Source: an uncultured Eubacteriales bacterium
GTDB taxonomy: Bacteria > Bacillota > Clostridia > Oscillospirales > Acutalibacteraceae
Assembly (NCBI GenBank): GCA_900321515.1
Contig: ONWI01000026.1
Span: 1-33,227 of the forward strand
Reading direction: 5' to 3'
Length of the DNA stretch: 33,227 bases
The notes under the pieces were generated by a model. The model saw only the letters and a list, made by a program, of their open reading frames with translations. It had not been told where the DNA came from and made no database searches. Shown piece after piece: positions 16,548 to 26,349 of the stretch (position 1 is the first letter of the stretch; each line of letters starts with the position of its first letter). Both the position numbers and the translations under genes were made by a program.

Positions 16548-17975
16548 TTATTTTGCAGAGAGATATTCGTCTATAGCCTTAGCGGCAGTCTTTCCGGCGC
16601 CCATTGCCAGAATGACGGTTGCCGCTCCGGTTACGGCGTCGCCGCCGGCGTAAACTCCTTCGCGGGAGGTAAGACCGGTGGATTCCTCTACAACTATGCC
16701 GCCTTTCCTGTTGACTTCAAGTCCGTTTGTGGTAGATTTTATAAGTGGGTTGGGAGATGTGCCGATAGCGATGATTACGCAGTCAACGTCCAGAACGAAT
16801 TCCGAACCGGGTACTTCGACAGGGCTTCTTCTGCCCGATGCGTCAGGCTCGCCAAGTTCCATCCTGATGCATTCCATGCCGGTTACGAATCCGTTGCGGG
16901 GGTCACGCCTGTCGTCGGGATTCTCGAAGCCGATGATCTGTGTGGGATTGTTGAGCAGCCTGAATTCGATACCTTCCTCCATAGCGTGCTCAACTTCTTC
17001 CTTACGCGCGGGAAGTTCTTCAAGACTGCGGCGGTATACGATGTAGACCTTTTCAGCGCCCATGCGCAGAGCCGTTCTGGCGGCGTCCATGGCGACATTG
17101 CCTCCGCCGACGACGGCAACCTTTTTGGCATGCAGGATTGGCGTGGTTGAGTCGGATTTATAAGCCTTCATAAGGTTGCTGCGGGTGAGGAATTCGTTTG
17201 CGGAGTAAACCCCTTTAAGGCTTTCTCCCGGAATGCCCATGAATCTGGGAAGACCCGCGCCCGAACCGATAAATACTGCTTCGTATCCCATATCGAAAAG
17301 TTCGTCAACAGTGAGCGTCTTGCCGATGACCACGTTAGTTTCAACATCAACGCCTAAAGATTTGAGGGTATCGACTTCCTTCTGCACAATGCTCTTCGGC
17401 AGACGGAATTCGGGGATGCCGTAGACCAGAACGCCTCCGGCAAGGTGAAGCGCTTCAAATACGGTCACCTTGTATCCCAGCTTTGCCAGGTCACCGGCGC
17501 AGGTAAGACCGGATGGTCCCGAACCGACAATAGCGACCTTGTGTCCGTTTGGTTCGGGCAGCTTGGGAGCTTCAGTGCAATGGCTGTTGTGCCAGTCGGC
17601 GACGAATCTCTCGAGACGGCCAATTCCCACAGCCTCACCCTTGATACCTCTGACGCATTTGCTCTCGCACTGTGTTTCCTGCGGACAGACTCTGCCGCAT
17701 ACCGCGGGAAGGGAAGAGGATTTGTTGATAACCTGATAAGCGCCCTCGAAGTCAAGCTCTCTAACCTTGGCGATGAATTCGGGGATATGTACGTTTACCG
17801 GACAGCCGCTGACACATGGCATATTCTTGCAGTTGAGGCATCTTGCCGCCTCGTCGAGCGCTGTTGCCTCGTCGTAGCCCAGAGCAACTTCATTGAAGTT
17901 GCGGCCCCTTTCAATGGGATCCTGTACCGGCATCGGATTCTTTTTCAGTGACATATTTGGCATATTTAAAAACAT
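16548..17975 (-). CDS. nfnB: NfnB / SudA / GltD-like NADPH-dependent FAD iron-sulfur oxidoreductase (large subunit)
   Basis: Two Cys clusters are present (CLNCKNMPCVSGCP and CGRVCPQETQCESKC), with dinucleotide folds VAIVGSGPSGLTCA and VAVVGGGNVAMD. The true start may be the ATG at 17963 (MPNMSLKK). Confidence 0.85.
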   Translation of the reverse strand: MFLNMPNMSLKKNPMPVQDPIERGRNFNEVALGYDEATALDEAARCLNCKNMPCVSGCPVNVHIPEFIAKVRELDFEGAYQVINKSSSLPAVCGRVCPQETQCESKCVRGIKGEAVGIGRLERFVADWHNSHCTEAPKLPEPNGHKVAIVGSGPSGLTCAGDLAKLGYKVTVFEALHLAGGVLVYGIPEFRLPKSIVQKEVDTLKSLGVDVETNVVIGKTLTVDELFDMGYEAVFIGSGAGLPRFMGIPGESLKGVYSANEFLTRSNLMKAYKSDSTTPILHAKKVAVVGGGNVAMDAARTALRMGAEKVYIVYRRSLEELPARKEEVEHAMEEGIEFRLLNNPTQIIGFENPDDRRDPRNGFVTGMECIRMELGEPDASGRRSPVEVPGSEFVLDVDCVIIAIGTSPNPLIKSTTNGLEVNRKGGIVVEESTGLTSREGVYAGGDAVTGAATVILAMGAGKTAAKAIDEYLSAK

Positions 17976-18011
17976 TCCTTTCGATAGTCGTGATAAGTTA
18001 GTCGGAATTAA

Positions 18012-19361
18012 TCAGTTGATTCTCCAGCCCAAATCGGTCTTTCCTATGACGAAATCGTCCCAGCTGTTATAGGTTTGAATTTTTGTCCATTTGTTGAAAG
18101 CTCTGCGAATGTAGTCGTTTCTCTTGGAATTCCGCCATTCTCCGCGTATGTGGTAGGTTTTGGTGTCGATTTTGCAGTCTGGAAGCGCCTTTTTCAGTGT
18201 CTTCCATGAATAATCAACCGGCTCCGTATTTCTTGCGTACAGCAGCCTGAGTTTTTTGCAGTTTTCAATGACATCGGCGTTTCTGATCTTTCCCATATTG
18301 TTCAGCATCAGATCCTCCAGCTCGGTGCAGTTTGCCAAAGGTGAAAGATCTTCTATTTTTTCGCAGTTGAACATTTCAAGATAGTTGAGATGCTTAAGGC
18401 TTGCTATCGCGTCGATATTGTCTATTGTGTTTCCGGAAAGAATCAGCACCTCTAATTTTTCCAGTCCGGCAAGAACGCTTATGTCGGACATATGATTGTG
18501 TCCCAGATCAAGCGCTCTCAGTTCAGTACAGTAGGCAATCAGCGGATAAAGCTCCTTTTCGTCAAATGTCTTGCGCTGACTTGCTCCTATGAGTGTTGAG
18601 AATACCTTGATATCGGAGCGAACCTGCCATCTGGCAAATTCGACCAGCCATACGATGTCTGTCTGAGGGAAGGCTTTGTTGAGCTTTCCAACATCCTCGT
18701 CCGGTACGCTGATATCGCCCAAGTATATATACCTGACATTGGGGAAAAATCTTAGCACCCGGTAAAATTCGGTAAGGTCAGTGATTTTTCTTTCACTGAA
18801 ATCGAAGTTTACGCTCCCGGCGTTTATCGGACTTCCGCAAAGCGTTCCGCTGAACGTACAGCTGCATCCTGAATCGGGATTTCTCAGATCAGCCGTTGCG
18901 TCGTAAAGCTCGTCGCAAAGCGGATAACCGCTCGCGTCGAGGGACTTCAGTTCGGTGAGGTATCTGATGTTTTCAACGTCAGAAGGAGAGACTCCGGGGT
19001 TCAGATTCAGTTCGGCAATGGTATTTTTGTAATACTCACCGCCTATCGGGACGCTCCACTTGATATTGCAATCGGGTATGGCAGTGTGAATGGAGTCATA
19101 TATCTCGGGAGAAATACCTGTATCGGTAAGATTGGCGTATTTTAACTGCTTCAGTTTCAAGAGCTTTTCAGTGTCGCCTGAAAAATCCTTGCCGGAAAGA
19201 TCAATCTCACTGACATTCAGCTTGTATTCCTCACCGCAGATAACCACAGTGGTGAGCGCTTTTTTTATGAGCCATTCAGTCCATATCATCACACATATCA
19301 TTATAAAAGATAAACAGGAAATAATGATTGCTTTTATAAGGCCTTTTCTGCTGTCTTTCAT
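18012..19361 (-). CDS. N-terminally membrane-anchored leucine-rich-repeat protein (internalin-like LRRs)
   Basis: A TM segment (LIKAIIISCLSFIMICVMIW) is followed by 22-aa LRRs (LRALDLGHNHMSDISVLAGLEKLEVLILSGNTIDNIDAIASLKHLNYLEMFNC...). AGAGGT lies upstream of the ATG. GC is about 38-43% in sampled lines, against 57-60% in nfnB. Confidence 0.85.
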   Translation of the reverse strand: MKDSRKGLIKAIIISCLSFIMICVMIWTEWLIKKALTTVVICGEEYKLNVSEIDLSGKDFSGDTEKLLKLKQLKYANLTDTGISPEIYDSIHTAIPDCNIKWSVPIGGEYYKNTIAELNLNPGVSPSDVENIRYLTELKSLDASGYPLCDELYDATADLRNPDSGCSCTFSGTLCGSPINAGSVNFDFSERKITDLTEFYRVLRFFPNVRYIYLGDISVPDEDVGKLNKAFPQTDIVWLVEFARWQVRSDIKVFSTLIGASQRKTFDEKELYPLIAYCTELRALDLGHNHMSDISVLAGLEKLEVLILSGNTIDNIDAIASLKHLNYLEMFNCEKIEDLSPLANCTELEDLMLNNMGKIRNADVIENCKKLRLLYARNTEPVDYSWKTLKKALPDCKIDTKTYHIRGEWRNSKRNDYIRRAFNKWTKIQTYNSWDDFVIGKTDLGWRIN

Positions 19362-19386
19362 AAGTTAGCTACCTCTGATCGCGGAA

Positions 19387-20229
19387 TTATTTTACTTCCT
19401 TTTTAAAAAGATTGCAGACGTGCTCTCTCTGTTCCTGCTCAAAGGAACGGTACATCATGCCTCGGCTCATCGCCTCGTCGAAATCCACCTCAAAGCCGTC
19501 AAATTCGGGGCCGTCCACGCAGGCGAATTTGGTCTTGCCACCCACTGTAAGGCGACAGCCGCCGCACATGCCGGTGCCGTCGATCATGATGGGATTCATG
19601 GAAACAATGGTCTTGATGTTGAACGGCTTGGTGGTAAGGGTGACGAATTTCATCATAATCAGAGGGCCGATGGCGATGACCTCGTCGTACTGCTCGCCTT
19701 CCTCGATAAGACGCTTGAGCGGTACGGTGACAACGCCTTTTTCGCCGTAGCTGCCGTCGTCGGTCATAATGATGAGCTTGTCGGACGCGGCTTTGAATTC
19801 GTCCTCAAGGATCAGAAGGTCCTTGCTGCGGAAGCCTATGATAGAGTGGACTTCGCAGCCGAGCTCATGCAGCTTCTGGGCGACAGGAAGCGCAATGGCG
19901 CAGCCCACGCCGCCGCCGACAATGGCTACTTTCTTTAAACCCTCTGTGTGAGTGGCTCTGCCGAGCGGTCCGACAAAATCCTGAATGAATTCGCCTTCGT
20001 TTTTGTGATTGAGCAGCTCGGTGGAGGCGCCTAATATCTGGAATATTATCTTGACGGTGCCTTTTTCCTTGTCGCAGCCGGCGACAGTGAGGGGAATTCT
20101 CTCTCCGTTTTCATCGACGCGCAGTATGATGAACTGACCCGGCTGTGCCTTTGCGGCAACGAGCGGAGCTTCGATGTCCATCATAGTGACGGTGGGATTA
20201 AGCTCCTTTTTTGATATGATTTTGTACAT
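19387..20229 (-). CDS. nfnA: NfnA / SudB-like FAD/[2Fe-2S] ferredoxin-NADP+ reductase-type small subunit
   Basis: The FNR-like fold (PGQFIILRV, RIPLT, VGGGVGCA) and a C-terminal cluster motif (GMCGGCRLTVGGKTKFACVDGPEF) are present. AGGGAGG RBS. Confidence 0.85.
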   Translation of the reverse strand: MYKIISKKELNPTVTMMDIEAPLVAAKAQPGQFIILRVDENGERIPLTVAGCDKEKGTVKIIFQILGASTELLNHKNEGEFIQDFVGPLGRATHTEGLKKVAIVGGGVGCAIALPVAQKLHELGCEVHSIIGFRSKDLLILEDEFKAASDKLIIMTDDGSYGEKGVVTVPLKRLIEEGEQYDEVIAIGPLIMMKFVTLTTKPFNIKTIVSMNPIMIDGTGMCGGCRLTVGGKTKFACVDGPEFDGFEVDFDEAMSRGMMYRSFEQEQREHVCNLFKKEVK

Positions 20230-20431
20230 TTGATTTTCCTCCCTGATAAGAGTTGAGTGTTTTTTTATAAAAAAGTATTATAAATTTAATTATACCATAA
20301 ACTTACGGGAAATGGAATAAAAAATTGCAACAAATTCAGAAAAATATTTCATAGATAACTGGAATTTTTTTCAAAAACGCGCTTGTTCCACAAGTTTATG
20401 CAGCTGATTTTTATAATTATGCATATTTGTG

Positions 20432-20474
20432 AAAAACTGCGGGAATGCGCCCTGGCTGAAACGCATTCCCGCAG
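20432..20474 (-). terminator. Intrinsic terminator after the beta-helix lipoprotein gene
   Basis: A perfect 13-bp stem, CTGCGGGAATGCG (20437-20449) and CGCATTCCCGCAG (20462-20474), is followed by TTTTT on the minus strand (20436-20432). Confidence 0.85.
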
Positions 20475-20514
20475 TTTGTATATAGTTTTTTCCGTCGTAT
20501 GGGCGCAATCGCGT

Positions 20515-21849
20515 TTATCCTCTCCGTTTGCCACCCATTCTGCCCCCGAAGTTACCGCCGTTGCCGCCGAAGTTGCCGTTGCCTCCCATGCCGCCTCTGC
20601 CGCCGCCCATCATTTGATTGGGAATCTCAGTGACTTGCTGACTGTTGCAGTAAATCGTGCCGCCGTTGAACTGTGCCGTACCGTCATAATCAAAGGTGGA
20701 ATTGCCCATGACGCTGATTGTGCCGCCGTTTACGATAATATTTCCGTTGGAGTCGATGCCGTCGGTATCTCCCGCGCTCATGGTGATGTTGATTGTGCCG
20801 CCGTTAATCTCAACGGTCGGAGTGAATGAATTTGACTTCTTTGCGGCGTTTATGCCGTCGTCCCAGCTGGAGAGGTCGAATGTGCCGTCATTGATTCTGA
20901 TGTAGGTGCCTTCAATGCATTCGGCTGCGTTTATGGTAAAGCTGCCGCTGTCGATCTGCACCAGAGATACAGCGTGAATGCCGTCATCGCCGACGTTCAT
21001 TGAGAAGCTGCCGCCGCCGATGTAGATATATCCTAAGGTGTCGTCGTCCTCGTTCTCGGCGTGAAGACCATCTGTTCCCGCTTTGATGGTGAAGCTGCCG
21101 TCTGAAATGCGTATGGAGTCGTTGGCTTCGACGGCTTTTGAGGAGGCGGTGATTTTATAGGTGCCTCCGGTGATTTTGAGATCGTCCTTGCCGACTATTC
21201 CGTTGTCTGAAGAGTGGATGGTGAGTGTGCCCGTGCCGTTGAGCACGAGATCATCCTTGGAGAAGATGGCGCCGTCAGTGTTTGTGTCACCGTCAGCCTT
21301 GAATGTGCCTGTTACGGACAGTGAATTGTCGCCTGTGAGAGTTATGAACACTTTGTCCGCGTTTTTGACATAAACGCAGGGAAAGTCGGAATTTGTGATT
21401 GTAACGCCGTCAAGAACTATCTGAACCTTGTCATCATCGCCCGCGTCAACTATTATTGTGCATTCTTCGGCGTTACCGGTGATGTGATAAACCCCGGCTT
21501 TTGAAATGGTGACATTTTTGCCGGAATTAACGGTGAGTTCCTTGGCGTCGCTGAGGTCGGCGTTTTGTGCAAGGTCGCGTTCGGTGAAGAGTTCATCTGC
21601 CGAAAGTCCGCTGCCCGAAGATTTGGATGTGGTTGAAACAGCGGTTTCCTCGTCGTTTGCCAGAGTTGCCACCGCCGCGGGAGTATTTGATGTCCCGGAT
21701 GTCGACAGTGCGCTGCCGGCTGAGGTGCAGCCGGACATGGGGAGCATGAGCATCTGCACTGCAAGCAGTGCCGCAATATATATCCGGATGTTCTTTTTCT
21801 TCTGATTTTCGGCCTTGATGATCTCTGTCATGTTCTTGAAGTTTTTCAT
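20515..21849 (-). CDS. Cthe_2159-like carbohydrate-binding beta-helix lipoprotein with a Gly-rich C-terminal tail
   Basis: AGGAGG RBS. A signal peptide carries the lipobox LPMSGC. Units of the type I.GGT..I......DG[IL][HDN] repeat (ITGGTYKITA, IGGGSFSMNVGDDGIHA, INGGTINITMSAGDTDGIDS and others). The tail is MMGGGRGGMGGNGNFGGNGGNFGGRMGGKRRG. Confidence 0.7.
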   Translation of the reverse strand: MKNFKNMTEIIKAENQKKKNIRIYIAALLAVQMLMLPMSGCTSAGSALSTSGTSNTPAAVATLANDEETAVSTTSKSSGSGLSADELFTERDLAQNADLSDAKELTVNSGKNVTISKAGVYHITGNAEECTIIVDAGDDDKVQIVLDGVTITNSDFPCVYVKNADKVFITLTGDNSLSVTGTFKADGDTNTDGAIFSKDDLVLNGTGTLTIHSSDNGIVGKDDLKITGGTYKITASSKAVEANDSIRISDGSFTIKAGTDGLHAENEDDDTLGYIYIGGGSFSMNVGDDGIHAVSLVQIDSGSFTINAAECIEGTYIRINDGTFDLSSWDDGINAAKKSNSFTPTVEINGGTINITMSAGDTDGIDSNGNIIVNGGTISVMGNSTFDYDGTAQFNGGTIYCNSQQVTEIPNQMMGGGRGGMGGNGNFGGNGGNFGGRMGGKRRG

Positions 21850-22047
21850 AATATTACCTCCTATGGTAAAGCGATTTTGATTTGCTCTTTTTTGAAGCTC
21901 TCGCTTTTGATGGCTTTATTATAAAAAACGAACCTTTAGTTTACTTAAAATGATTTGTGAAGAATTTGTGACTTCGAGATAACATCAATATATAATAATC
22001 ATATGTACTTTATGCCCGACTTTCTTCTGCAATCCGTGTTAATTCTT

Positions 22048-24315
22048 CTATGAAGCTGTCTGAACGCGCAGCTTGCCGTTCTTCACCGAGATTGTAATAC
22101 ACCCGTCATACGACGTGCTGTAAATGTGCCTGAATCTCATGTCTTGAAGTCGGCTGCGAAGAGAATCGGAGTTTCTTTCGTTTGCGGAAATTATTACCGC
22201 GCCCACATTCAGAGTGGAAATTCCGATAATATCCTTACCTACGACAGCCGCGTCGCAGCTTCGCCAATTCTCTGGGATTAGTGTGCAGTTGCCCTTTTCG
22301 GGGCAGATAAGGGCTGTTGTCCCGCCGCATGTCATGCGCTGCCATCTGCCGCCGCTTCTGTCTGTGAATGTTTCAAGAGTCAGCGCCATTGAGTCAATTT
22401 TTACCGTGCTTTTAAAAGGCATGACTTCGGCGTGACTTTCAGTATACAAGTCAATGTCGGTAATCAGAAAATCGGGAGAATACTGATTCAGCATACGATG
22501 AAGATTACTGCTTCTTGATTTTGAATCGTCCGATACAGCTATTGCGTCCACCTTCATGACGCCTTTGGTCCTGAGAGTTTCCTTTATTACGGTAAGTCCG
22601 TAGGAATTACCTCCCGCTTCTGCAAATACCGCATGTGTGCGATTTTTTGCACACACGCACATACCGCCGTCACTTGTGTCGAACACCATGATTTCAGCGC
22701 CTTTGCAGAATATCTGTTGTGACGCCATCGCTGAAAAGATCAGTACAGTGATCTCGCAGAGAACGAAGCTCCGCAGCCTTATGGCGAATTGCCGGCTGTG
22801 TATCCGTCGGTTCATAATAAATGCGCAGCCCAGCAGCAGAGCGATAAAAAGCATAAGATAAGGCATGTATGAGAAACTCGTGTTGAGAACCGAAAAGGGC
22901 AGCTTTGCCAGGATTCCGGCAACCGCTTCGAGATATGTGCACAGCGCGGCTGCCGCAAATCTAAGAGGGAGCGATAGCAGCCAGCCGATAAAAGGAATGC
23001 AGTAAATCATCGAGGCGATAATCCCTGTAATTATGAATATTGAGGCTATGTACAGACAGAGCAGGTTCGTTAAGGGAGAAATTAACGATATGCTGCCAAA
23101 GTGTATTGCAGTCAATGGGAGTACGGAGAGACTGGCGGCGAGTGATACTGAAACCGAACTCAGCGCACGTTTGCCTGATCGCTTTACTTTGCCGTTTTCA
23201 GGCATTTTTCCGACGCGAATCAGAATTTTCCTTGCGGAGGTGAGCAATGATTCGTTTATCCTGTCGGAAGCGAGCAGCAGACCGAGTGTTGAGCATACCG
23301 AGAGCTGAAGGCCAATGTCGGCGGCAGCCCACGGATTCACGATACACATAAGCAGTATGGCTAAAGACAATGATGTGAGACTGTCCTCGTCGCGAAGCAC
23401 CAAATTGCTGAACTTTGCCGCAATATGCATAACACCGGCTCTGACTACCGACGGTGTGAAACCTGTGACAGACATAAACGACAGAATAAAGCATACCACG
23501 ATTATTATGGATGGCTTTGGTCTGACCCTTAGTTTATTTAGCAGCTTCTGGATCGTAAAAGCAAGCAGGGTCATATGAAGTCCCGATACAGCCAGCAGGT
23601 GAGCGATTCCTGTAGCGCGAAAATTTTCTACTGTCCGGCTGTCAATGAAGTCGGTATCACCAAGCAGCATTCCGCAAAGCATAGCCGACGCTCTGTCTGT
23701 CAGTGCCTGCCGTATGAATGAGATAATGATACGCTTTATTTTCAGATGAATATATTTCAGACGGAAGCCGCCATGTGTGACATAATGCTCCGAATACGGT
23801 TTGCACCAGCATCGTGCGTTGATTCCGTCGGCACGCAGAGATGTAGTGCTGGCGTAGCCGGGTTCGGTGTTGCTTTGCAGGAATTGCACCTCGCAGGTTA
23901 TGCGGTCGCCTTCTTCGGCCTCCTCTATTGCGCTGCCGCTTGTCATAAGAATGCGGATTTTTTGATTAACTCCAGGAATGTCTATGCTGTCGGTTTCAAT
24001 TGTGTACCTCCAGCGTCCGTACATTCTTCTCGGTATTTCACAGATTTCGCCTGAGATTACGCATGACTGATTGCTGAGGTTATCTGAAATGTCGTTTGCT
24101 CTCAGCTGACAGCATCCTATTACCAAAAGGGCAATGCATACAGGACACAGAATGAGAAGAATATTCCGCATTTTTTCACGGAATAAAAAACAGGCTGCGA
24201 TCGCGGTGATCGCAGCCATAAAGCACAGTATGAAATTTACCTCCGGAAAGAGACAGACAGCCGCAGCCGATACTGCCAGATAAGTAAATCCGATAGCGGC
24301 AAGAGGTCGCTTCAT
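22048..24315 (-). CDS. comEC: ComEC/Rec2 family DNA-internalization channel protein
   Basis: The 755-aa protein is polytopic and carries the competence-domain block FRATGIAHLLAVSGLHMTLLAF. AGGAG RBS. The C-terminal metallo-beta-lactamase-like region lacks the HxHxDH motif. Confidence 0.85.
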   Translation of the reverse strand: MKRPLAAIGFTYLAVSAAAVCLFPEVNFILCFMAAITAIAACFLFREKMRNILLILCPVCIALLVIGCCQLRANDISDNLSNQSCVISGEICEIPRRMYGRWRYTIETDSIDIPGVNQKIRILMTSGSAIEEAEEGDRITCEVQFLQSNTEPGYASTTSLRADGINARCWCKPYSEHYVTHGGFRLKYIHLKIKRIIISFIRQALTDRASAMLCGMLLGDTDFIDSRTVENFRATGIAHLLAVSGLHMTLLAFTIQKLLNKLRVRPKPSIIIVVCFILSFMSVTGFTPSVVRAGVMHIAAKFSNLVLRDEDSLTSLSLAILLMCIVNPWAAADIGLQLSVCSTLGLLLASDRINESLLTSARKILIRVGKMPENGKVKRSGKRALSSVSVSLAASLSVLPLTAIHFGSISLISPLTNLLCLYIASIFIITGIIASMIYCIPFIGWLLSLPLRFAAAALCTYLEAVAGILAKLPFSVLNTSFSYMPYLMLFIALLLGCAFIMNRRIHSRQFAIRLRSFVLCEITVLIFSAMASQQIFCKGAEIMVFDTSDGGMCVCAKNRTHAVFAEAGGNSYGLTVIKETLRTKGVMKVDAIAVSDDSKSRSSNLHRMLNQYSPDFLITDIDLYTESHAEVMPFKSTVKIDSMALTLETFTDRSGGRWQRMTCGGTTALICPEKGNCTLIPENWRSCDAAVVGKDIIGISTLNVGAVIISANERNSDSLRSRLQDMRFRHIYSTSYDGCITISVKNGKLRVQTAS

Positions 24316-24352
24316 GTCGTCTGCTCCTTTTGGAAGTTATTGTAAAAAGCGA

Positions 24353-24970
24353 TTATTTGAAGAAAAGCGGCAGAGCTTCTAAGTAGATGATGTCGTCTCT
24401 GTCCTTTGCGTCGCCCTCGGCAAGCACAGCGCACTTTGCCACGATATTGCTGCCGGCTTTTTCGGCAAGCGTGACGACAGCGTTGAGGGAACCTCCTGTA
24501 CTTATGACGTCGTCGAGAACGACTACTCTTTTGCCCTTGAGTTCGGCTGCATCGTCCTCACTGAGATAGAGCTTCTGAAGACTCTGTGTGGTTATGGACT
24601 GATCGTCAACGCTCAGTGCGTTGCCCATGTAGACCTTGAGCCCCTTGCGCGCCACGATGTATTTCTTGCCCGACTGACGGGACATTTCGTAAGCCAGAGG
24701 AATGCTCTTTGCCTCTGGGGTAAGGATAAGGTCGAATTCCGGGAGCTTGGCGAGAAGCGCTTCCGCCGACTTCTCGGTGACCTCTACGTCGCCGAATAGA
24801 ATGAAAGCGGCGATGTCAATCTTGTCATTTACGGCGAATTTCTTCAGCTGACGTTTGCAGCCCGCGATAGTGATCTCATAGTAATCGTTCATCTTGGTCA
24901 AGTCCTTTTCAGTTGTTTTTTCGGCAGCATCAACGGCAGCCGTTTTTTTGTGCTTAAAAAGTCCAAACAT
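24353..24970 (-). CDS. Type I phosphoribosyltransferase (purine PRT, Apt/Xpt-like)
   Basis: The PRPP-binding motif VVVLDDVISTGGS is present. An alternative start is the ATG at 24892 (MNDYYEITIAG), which may be the true start. The 24970 ATG lies 3 nt after the HIT gene stop. Confidence 0.8.
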   Translation of the reverse strand: MFGLFKHKKTAAVDAAEKTTEKDLTKMNDYYEITIAGCKRQLKKFAVNDKIDIAAFILFGDVEVTEKSAEALLAKLPEFDLILTPEAKSIPLAYEMSRQSGKKYIVARKGLKVYMGNALSVDDQSITTQSLQKLYLSEDDAAELKGKRVVVLDDVISTGGSLNAVVTLAEKAGSNIVAKCAVLAEGDAKDRDDIIYLEALPLFFK

Positions 24971-24973
24971 AAT

Positions 24974-25318
<345 letters not shown>

Positions 25319-25384
25319 TTATTCTTCCTTTCAATATAATAATATCAGGATAATACAATTAAATATGATGAAATTCACAAGACA

Positions 25385-25413
25385 ATTTTAGCATTTTAAC
25401 GCGGCATTGTCAA
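25385..25413 (-). promoter_or_regulatory. Sigma-A promoter for the HIT-PRT-comEC gene string
   Basis: On the minus strand: TTGACA (25413-25408), a 17-nt spacer, then TAAAAT (25390-25385). Confidence 0.6.
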
Positions 25414-25468
25414 TAAATATTTGCAATTATCTCTTATTATTTGAAGATATCGGATTGAATTAACTCTG

Positions 25469-26296
25469 TTATGACCCTGCGCTCTCGTATGCGTCGAGTC
25501 CCTTGTGCCAGATGAACAGGGCGACGGCAAGAAGTGTCAGGGCGGCGATGACGGGGGCGAGAATGCTGAAAACTGGCTGAGTATGACGCAGCAGGTAGCT
25601 TGCGGGATAGTATGATGTGAGGGCAAACGGAATGACGTATGTCACCGCGCCCCGCACGGATCGGCTGTAAATGCTGACCGGGTACTGTGAGAATTGATTC
25701 AGGTTGTAAACTGCTTCTAAGATATGTCCGCTTCGTTTGGTCCAGAAAGCTATCGAGCCGAATATCGTCTTGATTGCGACGTAGATCAGCGTTCCGAATA
25801 TTATGGCAATCAGCGCAAGGGGGATATCGTACCACACGAATGGCAGGTTGATGTGCCTGAGAGATGTCACGATAAGAGCGATTCCCACAATCAGCTTGCC
25901 GAACGCATCCACCTGAAATTCCTCCACCGTAACAATTAGCAGAGTATTTATCGGTCGTGTGAGGTATTTGTCAAATTCCCCCTTGCGGATCATCCAATAG
26001 CTGACATTCCATATGTTGTCGAAAAAGAGATGATCCAGGCCGTTTGGAAATAGCGAAAAGCCGTATATAAACAGCACTTCATAATATCCCCAGCCTCGGA
26101 GATTTTCCACTCTGCCGAAGATAATGGCAAGAAACGCTATGTTTATCACCTGTTCTATCAGGAAACCCACAGCACCGGTCACGAAGTCGATCTTGTACTC
26201 CATGAGTTTTTTGAGATGCAGCGCCGCAAACATTCTCTGAAGCCGAAATGCCCGATGTATTCCCTTAAATAAATGCCTTGTACGATAATTCTTCAA
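25469..26296 (-). CDS. ABC-2 family permease (DUF990 / COG3694-COG4587 type), subunit 2
   Basis: The TTG start follows AGAAGGGA. There are six or so TM segments. The N-terminal LMEYKIDF block is typical of this permease family. Confidence 0.75.
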   Translation of the reverse strand: MKNYRTRHLFKGIHRAFRLQRMFAALHLKKLMEYKIDFVTGAVGFLIEQVINIAFLAIIFGRVENLRGWGYYEVLFIYGFSLFPNGLDHLFFDNIWNVSYWMIRKGEFDKYLTRPINTLLIVTVEEFQVDAFGKLIVGIALIVTSLRHINLPFVWYDIPLALIAIIFGTLIYVAIKTIFGSIAFWTKRSGHILEAVYNLNQFSQYPVSIYSRSVRGAVTYVIPFALTSYYPASYLLRHTQPVFSILAPVIAALTLLAVALFIWHKGLDAYESAGS

Positions 26297-26349
26297 AATA
26301 TCCCTTCTTTATTTATTTTTCGCTGTTGAGCAGGCCTCTTAGAGTGCCT

